Part shown: positions 36,263 through 49,882 of the stretch, piece after piece
How positions within the stretch are numbered: position 1 is the first letter of the stretch
How the letters are laid out: the number at the start of each line of letters is the position of its first letter
Source: Torpedo marmorata
Taxonomy: Eukaryota
Direction: 5' to 3'
Assembly (NCBI GenBank): GCA_977017645.1
Contig: OZ360253.1
Span: 30,318,001 to 30,382,000 of the forward strand
Length of the DNA: 64,000 nt
Position numbers and translations under genes: made by a program
The notes under the pieces: generated by a model
Database searches by the model: none
What the model saw: only the letters and a program-made list of their open reading frames with translations
Told to the model about the DNA's origin: nothing

Positions 36263-36870
36263 TCCGACAGGGTCCCGACACTTCCTCGCCTGTTGATAGC
36301 AATGCAGGGTCTGGAATTCTGTAGGATGTTGTTAAAAATGGATTTCGGATATTTTCCATCCTTTGGCATCGAGATCCCACTTCAAATTTGACCCGCCTTC
36401 CGCCATGCCCCGTGAAGATATAATGGACACTGTGACCAGCAGCCCAACAGTTTATCCCCATCCAGTTCCTGTCAACACTAATGAATTAGTTCCTCACTTT
36501 CGAAGAACACTATTAACATCAATTCAGAAACGCAATCACTTAGTCTGCTATGAGATAAATGTTCTGTGTAGCTGCGTAAAATGGCTGAAGATGAATTGTT
36601 TCCCTATTGCCATTAACACAGGCAAAGACATACAACCAGATCATCTTTCTGTGTATTTCATCTGTGCAATAAAATATTCTGGCAGAATAGGATTATGGGA
36701 ACATTAGGATCAACATTACTGCACAAGATATTAATGTGTGGTGCTTAATGTGTCAGCTTATTATTTTGAATGTTACTTTAAGTGGTTTAATGTGTCATGA
36801 AAGCGTTGGGAAAATTACAGTCACTTCCAGACTGCCAACCTCGACCTTCCAGGTTCTGGATTACAAGATT

Positions 36871-37143
36871 GGGGCGGGGCGGTTGGCGTAGCGGTTAGCG
36901 CAATGCTGTTACGGCGCCAGCGATCGGGACCGGGGTTCGAATCCTGCGCTGTCTGTAAGGAGTTTGCACGTTCTCCCCGTGTCTGCGTGGGTTTTCCTCC
37001 GGGGGCTCTAGTTTCCTCCCACCCTTTGAAACGTTCCGGGGTTTGTTGGTTAATTGGGTGTAAATTGGGTGGCAAGTGGACCGAAATGGCCTGTTACCGT
37101 GCTGTATGTCTAAATTTAAAATTTATAAATTTAAAAATTTAAA
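36871..37143 (+). mobile_element. tRNA-derived V-SINE (HE1-like)
   Basis: TGGCGTAGCGG A box, GGTTCGAATCC B box, V-domain. Confidence 0.9.
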
Positions 37144-37399
37144 GATGCCTTGTCAGCAGATTACACGGGCAGAATGCAGCAATTATGGAAGTTCAGCCCT
37201 TGCCATTCTTGTCAGAAGGTTGTGGATTTAAGTCCTTCTCCCGAGACTTTATCATAAAACCATAGAACATTACAGCACAGAAACAGGCCCTTTGGCCCTT
37301 CGGTCTGTGCTGCACTATTATTCTACCTCGTCCCACTGACCTGCACCCAGTCCATAGCCCTCCACGCACCTCCCATCCATGTACCTGTCCAAATTCTTC

Positions 37400-39000
37400 T
37401 TTTTTTAAAAAAATATTTTATTTTTCATTTTCAAAAATGTTCACAAAACATTAATAAACCATCACGAAATATACGCAAGTTTCAAACGTATCGAATACAA
37501 GATACATTACCCCCCCAACCCTCCCATCCCCACCAAAAAAAAGGATAAAACCAAAACAAAAAGAAAAAGAAAAAACTAAACGTACCGTCACCGCTTACAA
37601 CTTTTGTCCAAGTATTTGGGGATGACACACCCTTAAAATAATTATACATTACATTATACTATACCTCAGGGGTTTGATTACAACTGAGCACCAATGTGCT
37701 CCAAGTACGGTTGCCACACTTTAACAAAGTTATCATATTTATTTCTAAGACTATATGTAATTTTTTCCATGGGGATACAGCTGTACATTTCCGTAGACCA
37801 TCGAGTGATGAGAAGGGGGGAGTCGGACTTCCAAGTAAATGCGATGCATTTTTTTGCTACGGACAGAGCAACTTTTACAAATTGAATTTGGAATTTAGAT
37901 AATCTGTTGCTTATGTCCATGAGGTTTCCTAAAAGATACAACTCCGGGTCTAGTGGAAAGGCTACTCCCATAATCTTAGTTAGTGCGTTAGCTAAATCAT
38001 GCCAAAAGGGCCTTACCTTTGTACATGACCAGGTGGAGTGTAAAAAGGATCCAATTTCTATTCCACACCTGAAACACATTTCTGATATCTCTGGTTTTGA
38101 CTTGTGTAGTTTTTGTGGTGTGAGATACAATTGGTGTAGGAAATTATATTGTACCAGCTGATATCTGGCATTAATGACTGCTGTCATGGTATCTAAACAC
38201 CAGTCTGACCAGCATCGTTCATGAATTGTTATTCCCAAGTCCGACTCCCACCTCTCTCTCTCGATCTTTGTAGGCCCGGCTTAGGGCTTTCGCTTTGGAG
38301 TACAGAATACATTCAAGATATGAATTTAGGTGCATTTCCCAATCGAAGCAATTCTTCCATTCCATAACACCTAGGTGGGGTCATTGTAGGACCCCATCTA
38401 TCCCTCAAGAAGGACCTTAGTTGAAGAAAACAGTAGAAGGTTCCATTAGACAAATCATATTTATTCTTCAATTGCTCAAAAGACATAAGTTGTCTTTTCT
38501 CATAACAATCTTCAAAATACTGGAGTCCCTTCTGGTGCCAAATGTTTAAAACTTTGTTACCCAAAGCCATGGGTATAGTTTCATTTTGGATCAAAGGTGC
38601 CTTTGGTGATATTTCCACCTTTCATTGATTTCCTGCCAAATCTTAATCATGTGTTTTAAAATGGGGTTGTCCGTTCTTCCAGATATTAATTTGGTGTTCC
38701 ATTTGTAAATAAAATCTTTTGCTATTTTCTCTCCCATGGTGTGTAGTCCAATTTGGACCCACGAGGGGGATCGTCCCCCTCGAAAAAGGATGAAAGAAAC
38801 CTCGAGTGGGCTGCTAAATAATATTTCTTAAAATCCGGTAATCCCAAACCCCCCAAATTGTAATCCCATGTCAGCTTCTCCATGGAAAGTCTGGAGACCT
38901 TACCACTCCAGATGAATTGCATTACGTATCCATTAAGTGTTTTAAAAAAGACCCGCGGCAATGGGATTGGTAAGGACTTGGAAGAGGTATTGCAGTCTCG
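37400..39000 (-). mobile_element. L1/Tx1-type LINE 3' 1.6 kb, frameshifted, inserted in a CR1 tail
   Basis: FIWSGK..GGLGLPDFKKYY, CFRC..HSTWSC and SCIPMEKITY motifs; A-rich tail; no TSD seen. Confidence 0.92.
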
Positions 39001-40669
39001 TTGAGCCCGCATTCAGATGGCAGCTCATTCCACTGCTGCAATGGGTGAGATGGCAGTTCCAAGTCCGTTCTTCCACCTGGTGGACGTGAGAAATTAGTTC
39101 CTGTGGTACAATTTACTTGGAGCTGAGTGAGTCACGGAATCATATCTTACAGCACAGAAACAGGCTCTCCAACCCAACTTGTCCATGCCAGACAAGATGT
39201 CTACCCAAGCTAGTTACATTTACCTGCATTCAACCCTCTGAACCTTTCTGACCCGCAAGTCATCAACCATCTCAGAACTCACAGATTTCCTGGTTTCTTT
39301 CCATTGAGTTAGCACGGCGCACTTTAAACAATTTCCAATTCTTCATCACAAAAACGTTTCGCATCTGCTCTCTCTAATCAAATTTCTCATAGCAAGTGAC
39401 TGCTAAGACCTCTCCTGTGGATTGCACGTGCAATGTGGGGTGAAGCATTATAATGTCACCACAGAGCGCATCTGTTCTGCTGCTGGTGGTGGAGGAGAAG
39501 GGGGGAAATGTGTTGAAGGTGGCCTCCCCTTTCAACCAGCTGCTGTGAATCCTGAGAGTAGTTCAAGGTTCAGTCTTGGGCACGAGGTTAGTGGCAGACT
39601 TCCTTCCTCACACTTTGGAATTTTTACAGCTGGGATGAAAGGTTAGAGTAATATCTGTACTTTGAGAACGCCTTTCACACAAAGAGCAGTGTAGACAAAC
39701 GAAAGAGCATCTTAAAGCTTTTGCACATGCTCAGTTCTGATCTCTGTCCATTACAATCTCCAGTCCTATTTCTCACAACAAATAAATTATCCAATTCCCT
39801 TTTAAAAGGTATATGCTTTCAAGTTAGACCTGCTATTTAATAGCACAAGGCCCTTTATAATGAGATTTATATCATCGCAATCTTAGGCTGAAAGCTGAGG
39901 AACTCTTTAAATTATTCAATGTCACTTCCACAGGTACGTGGGTGTTTTAAAATTTTGTTTTCTTAATTTTTGTCTCTCTTCCCTCTCTCTCTTAAAAACT
40001 CTCTTTTGCTTTCTGCACTTAATTTGATTGAAATTCATTTTATTTCTTTCTCTGCCAGTTCTGTTTCTTTTTCACATAGACATAGAAAGAGAAAGTGTTT
40101 CAACTTTAAAAGTCTTTCATTGGTGATGAAGCAGTTCAGGGCACCCTAGCTGTGAAAGTTGTTCAAGAAATGCAGGTCTTTCTTTCTCAACTTTTAACTC
40201 TTCTTAATTGAGGAGATAAAATGTTGCTGCCATCATCTTCATCGCCCCACTGCTTTCATCTGATCATTTTTAGCTCCCGCTTACATCAATTCTCAGATCA
40301 AAATACTTCCAAACTGAAATGAGAGTGGAGAGGAAAATAACAGAAACTTGCAACACTAGAAGGAGACCATTCTGCCCATCAACTCCATGATGTCCAAACA
40401 AGAACCATCGGCCTATTCCCACTTCTTGGTCTGTATCCTTGTGGATTACAATCATCATGTGTTCATTCGCTTTCAGTCCAATAAAATCCTTCAGCAGCTT
40501 GTTCCAAACACTCACCACCCTCTGAGTAAAAGAAATTACCCATCAGGCTCCTGTTACAGATACCTTGATGAAGGGCTCAAAGCCGAAACGTCAGTTATGT
40601 ATCTGTGTCTTTGCAATATAAAGTACACCGTTTGACCTGCTGAGTTTCTCCAGCATTGTGTTTTTACTC

Positions 40670-41000
40670 CTGTTAAATCTCTCCCATCTCACCTTAAACC
40701 TATCTCCTCTGGTTACCGATTCCCCTACTCTGGGGAAAAGACTCTTGTGTGTTCACCTGATCTGTTCCTCTCATGATGTTGTACACCTCTATGAGATCAC
40801 CCCCTCATCCTCTTGCGCTCCAAGGAATAAAGCCCCAGCCTGCTCAGCCTCTCCCAATAGCTCAGGCCCCCGGGTCCTGGCCATATCCTCCTAAATCTCT
40901 GCACCTTCTCCAGCTTGAGATCATCTTTCCTGTAGCACAGTGACCAAAACTGAACACAATACACCAACTGTGGCCTCACTAACGTCTTGTACAACTGCAA
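40670..41000 (-). mobile_element. CR1 fragment flanked by short Penelope pLTR pieces (40555-40668 +, 41020-41140 -)
   Basis: LQLYKTLVRPQLVYCVQFWS peptide; pLTR motifs on both sides. Confidence 0.8.
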
Positions 41001-41269
41001 CCTCACAACAATAAAGCTGGAGTGAAGCACGAAAGTCTGCAGGTGCTGTGATTGTAGTAAAAACACAGAAATGCTGGAGGAACTCAGCAGGTCTCGCAGC
41101 GTCCATAGGTGGTAAAGATATGTAACTGATGTTTCAGGCTCCTTAATCTTCTCTGCTCCAAGAAGAGCCACATAGGTTTTTCCAGCCTCTCCTCATCAGT
41201 GACGTCAGCCATCCCTGGGCCCATTCTGAAAAATCTCCAAGCACTGATCCCAGAATTCCCTTCAAGGCA

Positions 41270-41958
41270 AACATAAGAACATAAGAAATAGGAGCAGGAG
41301 TCGGCCATCCGGCCCGTCGAACCTGCTCCACCATTCAATGAGATCATGACTGATCTGATGATAGGCTCATCTCCACCTACCTGCCTTTTCCCCATAACTT
41401 CAATTCTCTTACGATGTAGAAATCTATCCAACTTTGTCTTAAATATATTTACTGCTCCACTGCTTCAATGGGCAGCGAATTCCACAGATTCAGAAAAGCA
41501 GTTCCTCCTCATCTCTGTCCTAAATTTACTACCCCGAATCTTGAGGCTATGTCCCCAAGTTATGGTATTCCCTACCAATGGAAACAACTTACCTACCCCT
41601 ATCTTATCTATGCCTTTCATAATTTTATACGTTTCTATAAGATCCCCTCTCATTGTTCTAAATTCCAGTGAGTACAGTCCCAAACAACTCAATCTCTCAT
41701 CATAGGCTAACCCCTTCATCTCTGGAATCAACCTGGTGAACCTCCTCTGCACCACCTCCAAAGCCAGTACATCCTTCCTCAAGTCAGGAGACCAGAACTG
41801 CACGCAGTACTCCAGATGCGGCCTCACCAGTACCTTGTACAGTTGCAGCATAACCTCCCTTCTCTTAAATTCAATCCCTCTAGCAATGAAGGCCAACATT
41901 ACATTTGCCTTCTTGATAGCCTGCTGCACCTGCAAACCAACCTTTTGCGATTCATGCC
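41270..41958 (-). mobile_element. CR1 LINE 3' fragment
   Basis: ORF 41465-41935; (TTCTTATG)n tail. Confidence 0.93.
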
Positions 41959-42291
41959 TTCTATCTCTATTCCTTATTGTGATGTCTCTTCATTTCCCAG
42001 CTAAGCAGCAATTCGATGTCAAGCGCAGTCTCCTCATTGCTTCTGTGGGCAAGTACTGTTTTGGTGTCTTCTCTGAACACAAAACTGAAAACAACCTTTA
42101 AGCATTTCAGCTGCCACATGACTTCATTGTGCAAAGAATTAGAGATATTGTTCAGGTGTTGAAATATTTTTTGTACAAGATCGTAAAACCGAGAAAACCA
42201 CAAGTGATTTATAAACGATCTTTGAACTCTGGTTTATAGCACTGAACTTCTGCTGCAAGTAAGAACAGCATTGTACCACAACTCCTCTGTT

Positions 42292-43029
42292 TTTTTTTTA
42301 AATATTTTATTTGTATTTTTTAAAGCCGAACATATTATCAATAACAAAAATAATACATCATCAAATATAATATTCGTCTGTTGACTATTATACTAAAAAA
42401 AACAACAAAAAATTACAAACAAAGGAAAACCCACCCACCCAATTCCCCCCTAAAAGAAAAAAAAAGAGAGGAATAGAATAAGAAAAGGTTGAAATAGAAA
42501 AGGAAAGAAGACGTTGGAGACTCGTCGTCCACCCCGCAGGCTTAAATTACTTGGCATACTCGGATTTCTGAAGAGGAAATGGACATAGGTCCTGGAGGCG
42601 AGGGTGGGGCCTGGTTATAGATTTACAGCCATGTGTTGTAAATATGGAGTCCAAATCTTTAAAAATATATCATATCTATTTCTAAGATTATAGGTGACCT
42701 TCTCAAGGGGAACACAACTGTACATTTCCTCATTCCATCTTGTCATACCTAGATGGGAATCAGACTTCCATGTGACTGCTATACATTTCCTGGCCACCGC
42801 CAATGCGATCTCCACAAATTTTATTTGAAATTTTGACAGCCTCATCTCAGGTCTTACGCCGGAGATATTGCCCAATAGAAATAATTCTGGGCGTTGTGGG
42901 AACTGAATTTCTGTAATTTGTTCTAAGAGTTTCCCTAAGTCCGTCCAGAAAGGTTTTACTTTGGGGCATGACCAGGTTAAATGTAAAAACTTTCCTATTT
43001 CTGATTTAAATTTATTCAATTTTTGCGGC
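42292..43029 (-). mobile_element. L1/Tx1-type 3' fragment with 16-bp TSD
   Basis: ARKCIAVTWKS..CVPLEKVTYNLR; TSD CCACAACTCCTCTGTT at 42276-42291 and 43030-43045. Confidence 0.93.
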
Positions 43030-43152
43030 CCACAACTCCTCTGTTGACAGATAATAACCCAATGCAGGGTGTGAGAACTGGTCATTGACTTGAATTAACC
43101 TCTCTTCTCTCCTTTGAGTGAATCATTGAAGCTCACTGAAAGAGACTGTTCG

Positions 43153-43386
43153 CTCCGGATATTGGATCTGACTGGCGAACCTGTGCTCCACAATAAAATT
43201 AGTTTATAGTTGTTTTGTTTAGAGCGACATTCTCCTTACTTTATCTTTTTCTTCTTCCTCTCTTTTTTCGGGAGGGCTGGGGAGGGGAGGGAGGGAGGTG
43301 AAAATGTATTACATGTAATTTGATAATTTTGCATTTTAAACTATGTAATGTGTGATTTAAAAATTTTAAATAAAATTTTTAAAAAA
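43153..43386 (+). mobile_element. L1 3' UTR-only insertion with 14-bp TSD
   Basis: Homologous to 5255-5500; TSD AAAGAGACTGTTCG at 43139-43152 and 43384-43397. Confidence 0.88.
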
Positions 43387-43547
43387 GAGACTGTTCGGCC
43401 AATTCTGCTTGTACTGACCGTTTCTGGGCTCTCCAATTAATCCCGCACCCCTTGCAAATTAGCTTCTTTTCAAGACTTTTACCATTGAGTCTTTTTCCAC
43501 TCTTGGGGATGTGCATCTCCGAGTATTGACTGACTGCACTTCATCAG

Positions 43548-44850
43548 TCTGAGCGGAAAACCCTGCAAAAGGTAGTGGACACAGCCCAGGACATCACAGG
43601 CAAAACCCTCCCCACCATCGAGAATATCTATGTGGAACGCTGCCGTCGGAGAGCAGCAGCAACCATCAAGGATCCACACCACCCAGCACATGCTCTGTTC
43701 TCGCTGCTGCCATCAGGAAAGAGGTATAGGTGCCACAAGACTCGTACCACCAGGTTCAGGAACAGCTGCTACCCCTCCACCATCAGACTCCTCAACAGCA
43801 AACTCAATCAGGGACTCATTTAAGGATTCTTACTTTGCACATTATTTACTACTGAATATTTATTTTTTTGTATTGCACAGTTTGTTTGCCTGACTTACCA
43901 CCTATGCGACTTACGGCCATCCGTACAGATCTTGCTAAAATGGAAGGATGGTAATCCTCCTATATATGAAGATTGGCTATGAAGTTTAATGTCCTATTTA
44001 ACATTAGAAAAGATTAGATGTTCAAATATTAAATTAAACCTAAAATTTACTAATATTTGGGGTTCCTTTATCGACTATTATCAGAGTTTATGATTCCTCA
44101 TGATTTGAAGTTATATTATTTCTACAGGTCAGTGTAATTCTGGGGTGGGGGTAGGTGGTAGGCTAGTTTAGATTGCTTCAGCTTTTATAAAAAAATGTAT
44201 TATGAAGAAATTACTACATTATCTTTTTTTTGGGGGTTTGGTTATTTTTATACCTATTGGTATAATACTAAATTGTAAAGAAAAAAAAATTGATATATAT
44301 CTGTAATGTATACTCTGTTATGGATGGATTAATGGAACATGTGATAATGCTTTTCTTTGCTTTTTTTCTGTAAACGTATATAGTGAATGAACTGTTATAT
44401 CCATGATTTTATGGAATTAATGAGATTTAAAAAAGAAAGAAAAATAAAGAAAAAATATAAAAATTACGCGTTTACGGATGAAAGTCGGGCCTATCTATGG
44501 AAAATAACGCCTCTCGCGAGAGTTTGGCAGCGGTGGCCAACCTCTCGCGAGAGCTGGCTGGTGGCCAACCTCTCGCGAGAGCTGGCCTTGGTGGCCGCCA
44601 TGTTGTATTTGACTAACGATAACATGGATACAGTGCAATTCCGACGTACGTCTATTTCAAGATACGACCGGTCGGCCAGAACGGAACGGAACACGGACGT
44701 AAGTTGACGACTACCTGTACTTATCTTTTCTTGAGTACAGTTTTTTTTGCACTACCGATAAGTCGAAATTCTACCTGGCCCGCAGGGAAAAATAATATCA
44801 GGGTTGTATGTGATGTCATGTATGTACTCTGACAATAAATCTGAAGTTTG
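43548..44850 (+). mobile_element. Rex1 subfamily C 3' fragment (43548-43888 plus 44720-44850), interrupted
   Basis: ORF 43575-43823; the 3' UTR resumes after 44719. Confidence 0.88.
43889..44717. mobile_element. Tigger/pogo-like MITE, interrupted by an L1 3' fragment (43928-44462)
   Basis: Right end reads (minus) TA-CAGGTAGTCGTCAACTTACG; left remnant GACTTACCACCTATGCGACTTACG; L1 peptide ILLKWKD...LTLEKIR. Confidence 0.7.
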
Positions 44851-45469
44851 ACTTTGACAACTTTGAAGCATCATGTGCCACTCAGAGCAACAGTCAAAGA
44901 ATTAATGTACTCTTACAGAGCAGAGGAAACAGAAACGTCTATACCCCAACAAAAATATAATTTATTCAAAAATGCATCAAGCAGAGGATAGTCACATGCA
45001 AATCAGATGCATAGAACTAATCTGTCACTTCCATTGGTGGCAGCAGACACCAGCCTGTGTCATCACTTTATAGAGATTTGCCAATCATAATAACTCACTG
45101 TGTCCAAATAGGAAAATGCTTCTACTTTCCAACACTTCTGCAAGTGAAATCAGTTCTTCCTCATACAGTCTGTTACCTCTCCACATGCGTACGCCTCCAG
45201 GAAACCTCCCTTCATCTTCGCTATTCCAAGAAGAGCCACACATGTTTCTCCAGCCTCTCCTCATCAGTGAGGTCAGCCATCCCTGGGCCTACTCTGGAAA
45301 ACCTCCAACCACTGATCCCAGAATTTCCTGCTGATTCCCCTTGGACAGCACCGAGGTTTGAACTTCTATGACCTCCCTTTGTCCATTTTCTTTGTGAATG
45401 GATCCCAAATCTTTCATTCTATGACAACCTAATAGCTAACTCACTGCATTAATCTAGCCTCAGATTTCC

Positions 45470-45990
45470 TAGCATTGAAGCAGGACCTTCAGCCCATCTT
45501 CTCAATGCTAACCTAGCTATTCCCATTTGCCGTCATTCATCTCATACCCCCTAAACCTTTCCTATCCATGTACCTGCCTAAATGTCCTTTGAAGTAATAG
45601 TTGTCCCCACTTCTACCAATTCCTCTGGCAGCTTGTTCCATATGTCCACCACTCTCTATGTGAAGAAGATGCTCCTCGACCCTTTCAAATCTTTCCCCCC
45701 TCAAATCTACGCCCTCTGGTTTTTAGATCCACCTACTCTGTGACTGAGGGGATTTAAGCCCCTCGTGATTTTATAAACCTTGATTATGTTCCCCCCTCAG
45801 CCTCCTCCGCTCCAGGGAGAAAACTCCCAGTCTATCCAGCCTCTCCCTCCAATTCAAGACCCCTCCCCACCCCCCACCCCCCCGCCCAGTCCCGCCAACA
45901 TTCTTACGAATCTATTCTGCACCATTTCCTGATTAATGATATCTTTCCAATCGCTAGGTGACCAAACCTGTGCATTGCATACCAAGCGTG
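45470..45990 (-). mobile_element. Diverged CR1 3' fragment
   Basis: Degenerate VKPRLVCNAQVWSP peptide and CR1 3' UTR motifs. Confidence 0.7.
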
Positions 45991-46491
45991 GTTTCACCAT
46001 CAATCGCATCATGATCCTCCCTGCTTCTGTAGTCCAAGCCCTGACGAAGTTAAGCATGGCAACCATCTACTTTACCACCATGTCTGATAGAGATTTGATA
46101 GCACAGTAACTTCCATGCTTCTTTCTCTTTTCCAATCTCCTTTGCGCAGACCAAAGTGTATCTCTTACTGTTTCACTCCAGACTGTTAACGCTGTCATTT
46201 ACAGAACATTTGATATCTTCCAAGCCTCAGCGTGGAGGTCCTGTTTACACTTGGGTCACTCTGTTGGGTAGTTCACTTCATTCACGTGCCCAGCAGCAGA
46301 TTCCCAATCCAAAGCTTTGTCATGGGATGAGATACCCAGGAAAACAGAGGAACAGGTTGACGGATGTGCTCAACGGCTCCCTGCACTTGAGAACATCTGT
46401 CCTGTGACCATTCAAACTGGAGAAGAAGCATTCGGGATGGTCTCAAGAACCTCGAGTCTTATGACGGGAGGAACACTGAGGCTCAACGTAT

Positions 46492-46948
46492 AGATCGCTT
46501 CACTGAGCACCTTCGCTCTGTCTGCATCCCAGTGGCCAACCATTTCAATTCTGCGCCCCACTCCCATACTCACGTCTGTCCATGGCCTCATGTACCATCC
46601 CACCAAGACCACCCGTAAATTGGAGGAATAACACTTGATTTTCCGTCTGGGCACTCTCCAACTGGATGGCATTAACATCGACTTCTCCGGTTTCTGCTAG
46701 CCTACTCCCCATTCTCCCTCCCTTCCCTTTCCCTTTGTCTTCTTTCCCTCAGCTCTCCACCCCCTTCCCTCTCTATTCACAGAGCCATCCTCCCTCCCCC
46801 TGTTTGCTGGTATGCCCACCCTCCCTTCTCCACCTATTACCTCCTGCCTTTTGGACCATGCTCCTCCCCCTGCCCCTCCCCTCCCCTACCCCCAACCATT
46901 TTGTTCGGACGCCTGCCGACATTTTTCCATACCTTGATGAAGGGCTCA
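46492..46948 (+). mobile_element. Penelope-like 3' fragment
   Basis: Homologous to 14230-14700. Confidence 0.85.
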
Positions 46949-47444
46949 TTGGGTGTAAATTGGGCGGCAGGGACACGTGGGCCAAAATGGCTTGTTACCA
47001 TGATGTATGTCTAAAGAAAAAAATACCCTTTGATCACAGCAGCTACGTTCCTAGTGTACAGCCAGTTGCATTGACCACCGTTCACAGTTCTGAGCACATC
47101 CAGCACCCAACCATCTGTTCAGAGTTACCCATGGTGCCAATTTTGCGCTGCTCAGTGGCACAGTAGGGCTGTTACCTCCCGGCACCAGAGACTCCAGTTC
47201 AGCCCACACCTCGGATGCTGCCCACCTGCATTTTACATGTTCTCCCTGTGACCACCTGAGTTTCCTCTAGATGCTCCAGTTTCCTCCCCATTCCAGTGAC
47301 ATACAGGCTGGCCGGAGCTGCTGTAAATTGCTACGAGTCTGTAGGTGAGTGGTAAAATCTGGGGGGGTGTTGATGGGAATGCATGGAGAGTAAAAAAACA
47401 AAACAGGGAATTAGTGTATGATTAGCATAAGTGGGTGGATGGTC

Positions 47445-49882
47445 TCAACATGGACAAGACGAAGGAGATGATTGTGGACTTCAGGAGGACCAGGATCGAC
47501 CACCCTCCACTACACATTAATAGCTCGGTAGTGGAGAGAGTGGTAGCACCAAGTTCCTTGGAGTTCACTTAACTAGTGACCTATCCTGGACACACAACAT
47601 CTACTCACTTGTCAGTAAGACTGCACTTCCTTTGCAACTTCCTAATTTTCAATATTATTATAAAGCAGCTCAATTAAAATTTGTTAATGAATTTTTTGAT
47701 TTAGCTAAATCTTCTGCTTGGATTAATATAGAATTAAATAATATAGGAGAAAATTATAAAGAGGATATTATTTATAAGTGGAACTCTAAATTATAATCAG
47801 TAAAAAAGAAAAATTCACCGATTATTAAACATTTGTTGGAAATATGGACACAAGTAGATAAAGAAATAGGTGGAAAAGGGTTAATTTCTTTAAATATGCC
47901 ATTATATCAAAATCCACTTTTACCATTTACTATTAATAATCAGTTATTGAAATTATGGTTTCAAAAAGGAATTAAGAATTTTAAGGATTGTTTTGAGGCT
48001 GGAAGATTGTTACGTTTCAAAGATTGATGGAAAAATGTAATGTATTAGATAATACATGGTTAGCTTATTATCAAGTTAAAGCTTTTTTGATTGAGAAATT
48101 AGGGGACAATTTGATTGCACCAAGACAAAATGAGTTAGAATTATTAATAACTAAAGCAAATGTCAATAAGTTTATTTCTCAGATGTATAAATTATTTCAG
48201 AGAAAAATGCCTAAAGTAGGATTACATAAATCAAGATTAAAATGGGAATTAGATTTAAATGTTAATATAGCTGAAAATCATTGGAAAGATTTATGTAAAT
48301 TACGGTAAGTATGACTAAAGTTATTAATGTTAGATATAGATTAGTACAATATAATTTTTTCCATCAATTATATTTAACACCAAAAAAATTAAAGAAATTT
48401 AATCCGACATTATCAGATTTGTGTTTTAGATGTAAGAGTGAAGTAGGTTCTTTTGTTCACTCTACATGGTTATGTCCAAAAATTCAAGATTTTTGGTTGA
48501 AAGTTAAGAATTTTTTAGATAGAGTTTTCAATGTTATGTTTCCAATGGATCCTATGTTATTTTTATTCGGAGATATTAGAAAATTTAGTATTAGGAATAG
48601 ATTGAATATGTATCAGGTAGAATTTTTACGAATTGCTTTAGCCGTTTCAAAAAAATGCATTGCTATTACTTGGAAATCAGATTTAGATTTAAGTTTAGAA
48701 GGGTGGCATGCTGAACTTCGTTCATGTATACCATTAGAAAAGATTACTTATAATTTACGCAATAAGTATCATTCTTTTTTGAAAATTTGGAGCCCATATA
48801 TGAGAGTTATGGGTTTAACGATTTGAAAATCTCTAGATATCAGGTCTACTGGCGAGTTTAACCTCCATGATAGAATTAGTTTGTAGATGGTTCTCCCCTC
48901 ACTATTATTCTATCTTTTTCTTCTTTCTTTTTTACTATACTTTATATATTTTTTATTATATATATTATTTTTTTATTAGAATAGTGGGGATGGGGGGGGT
49001 TTGGGAAGGGAGGGTGGGTACGGGGGGAGAAAATATATATCACATGTATTTTGAAAGCTATACATTTTAATCTATGTATTTTGTGATTTAAAAATTTAAA
49101 TAAAATAATTTAAAAAAAAAAAAAAAAAAGTCTGCACTTCCTGAGAAGACTGAGGTGGGCAAGGCTACCAGCCACCATCCTGCCAACTTTTTACAGGAGC
49201 TCTATCGAGAGCGTCCTGGCCGGTCTCATCAGAGTGTGCTACTGTTGCTGTCAAGCATTAGTTTGGAGCGGGAATTCCAGAGTTAAAGGCACAGTAACCA
49301 AGGGCTCAATGACGGGAGTAAAATACAAAAGTCTGCAGACACCCGCGAATGAAGTAAAAACGCACCATGCTGGAGAAACTCAGCAGGTCAAACAGTGTAC
49401 TTTATATAGCAAAAATCCACAGGACCATAAGAGCAGCAGAGATGATCACTGGGGTCTTGGGGTCTCCCTTTCCACCCCCCATCGATGGGATTTGCCGGGA
49501 TCGTTGTCTAAAGAGGGCTCGCAAAATCAGTGAGGACCCCTCCCACCCCGCACACAGCATCTTCCAGCTACCACCTTCAGAAAGAAACACAGAAGTAGCA
49601 GAGCCAGACCACCAGGCTGAGGAACAACTTCTTCCCACGGGCTGTGATTCTGTTAAACGACTGATGAAAAGCTCATACAAACCCTCCGTGACTCAAATAT
49701 TTATTTAACAATAATATTTATTTATTTTAATATTTGTAGGTAAGCACAGTGCATATGTATCGTTTATCTGTATGTGTGATATGTCTGTAATTGTGTTTGC
49801 AGTGTGTTTTGCACCGAGGACCGGAGAACACTGTTTCGTCGGGTTGTACTTGTACAATCGGATGATAAATGAATGAACTTGA
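47445..49882 (+). mobile_element. Rex1 subfamily D relic, interrupted by an L1 and a pLTR piece
   Basis: [10 protein letters not shown] segment at 47455, continuation at 49131-49250 and 49415-49882. Confidence 0.8.
47632..49129 (+). mobile_element. L1/Tx1-type LINE 3' 1.5 kb with TSD
   Basis: ORF2 C-terminus with CFRC..HSTWLC; poly(A); TSD AAG(A/T)CTGCACTTCCT at 47617-47631 and 49128-49142. Confidence 0.95.

Noticed and set aside
36871-36955. tRNA genes at SINE heads (also 2420-2503, 12032 and others)
   Set aside because: Each continues into the V-domain and CR1-like tail, so they are SINE heads rather than tRNAs.
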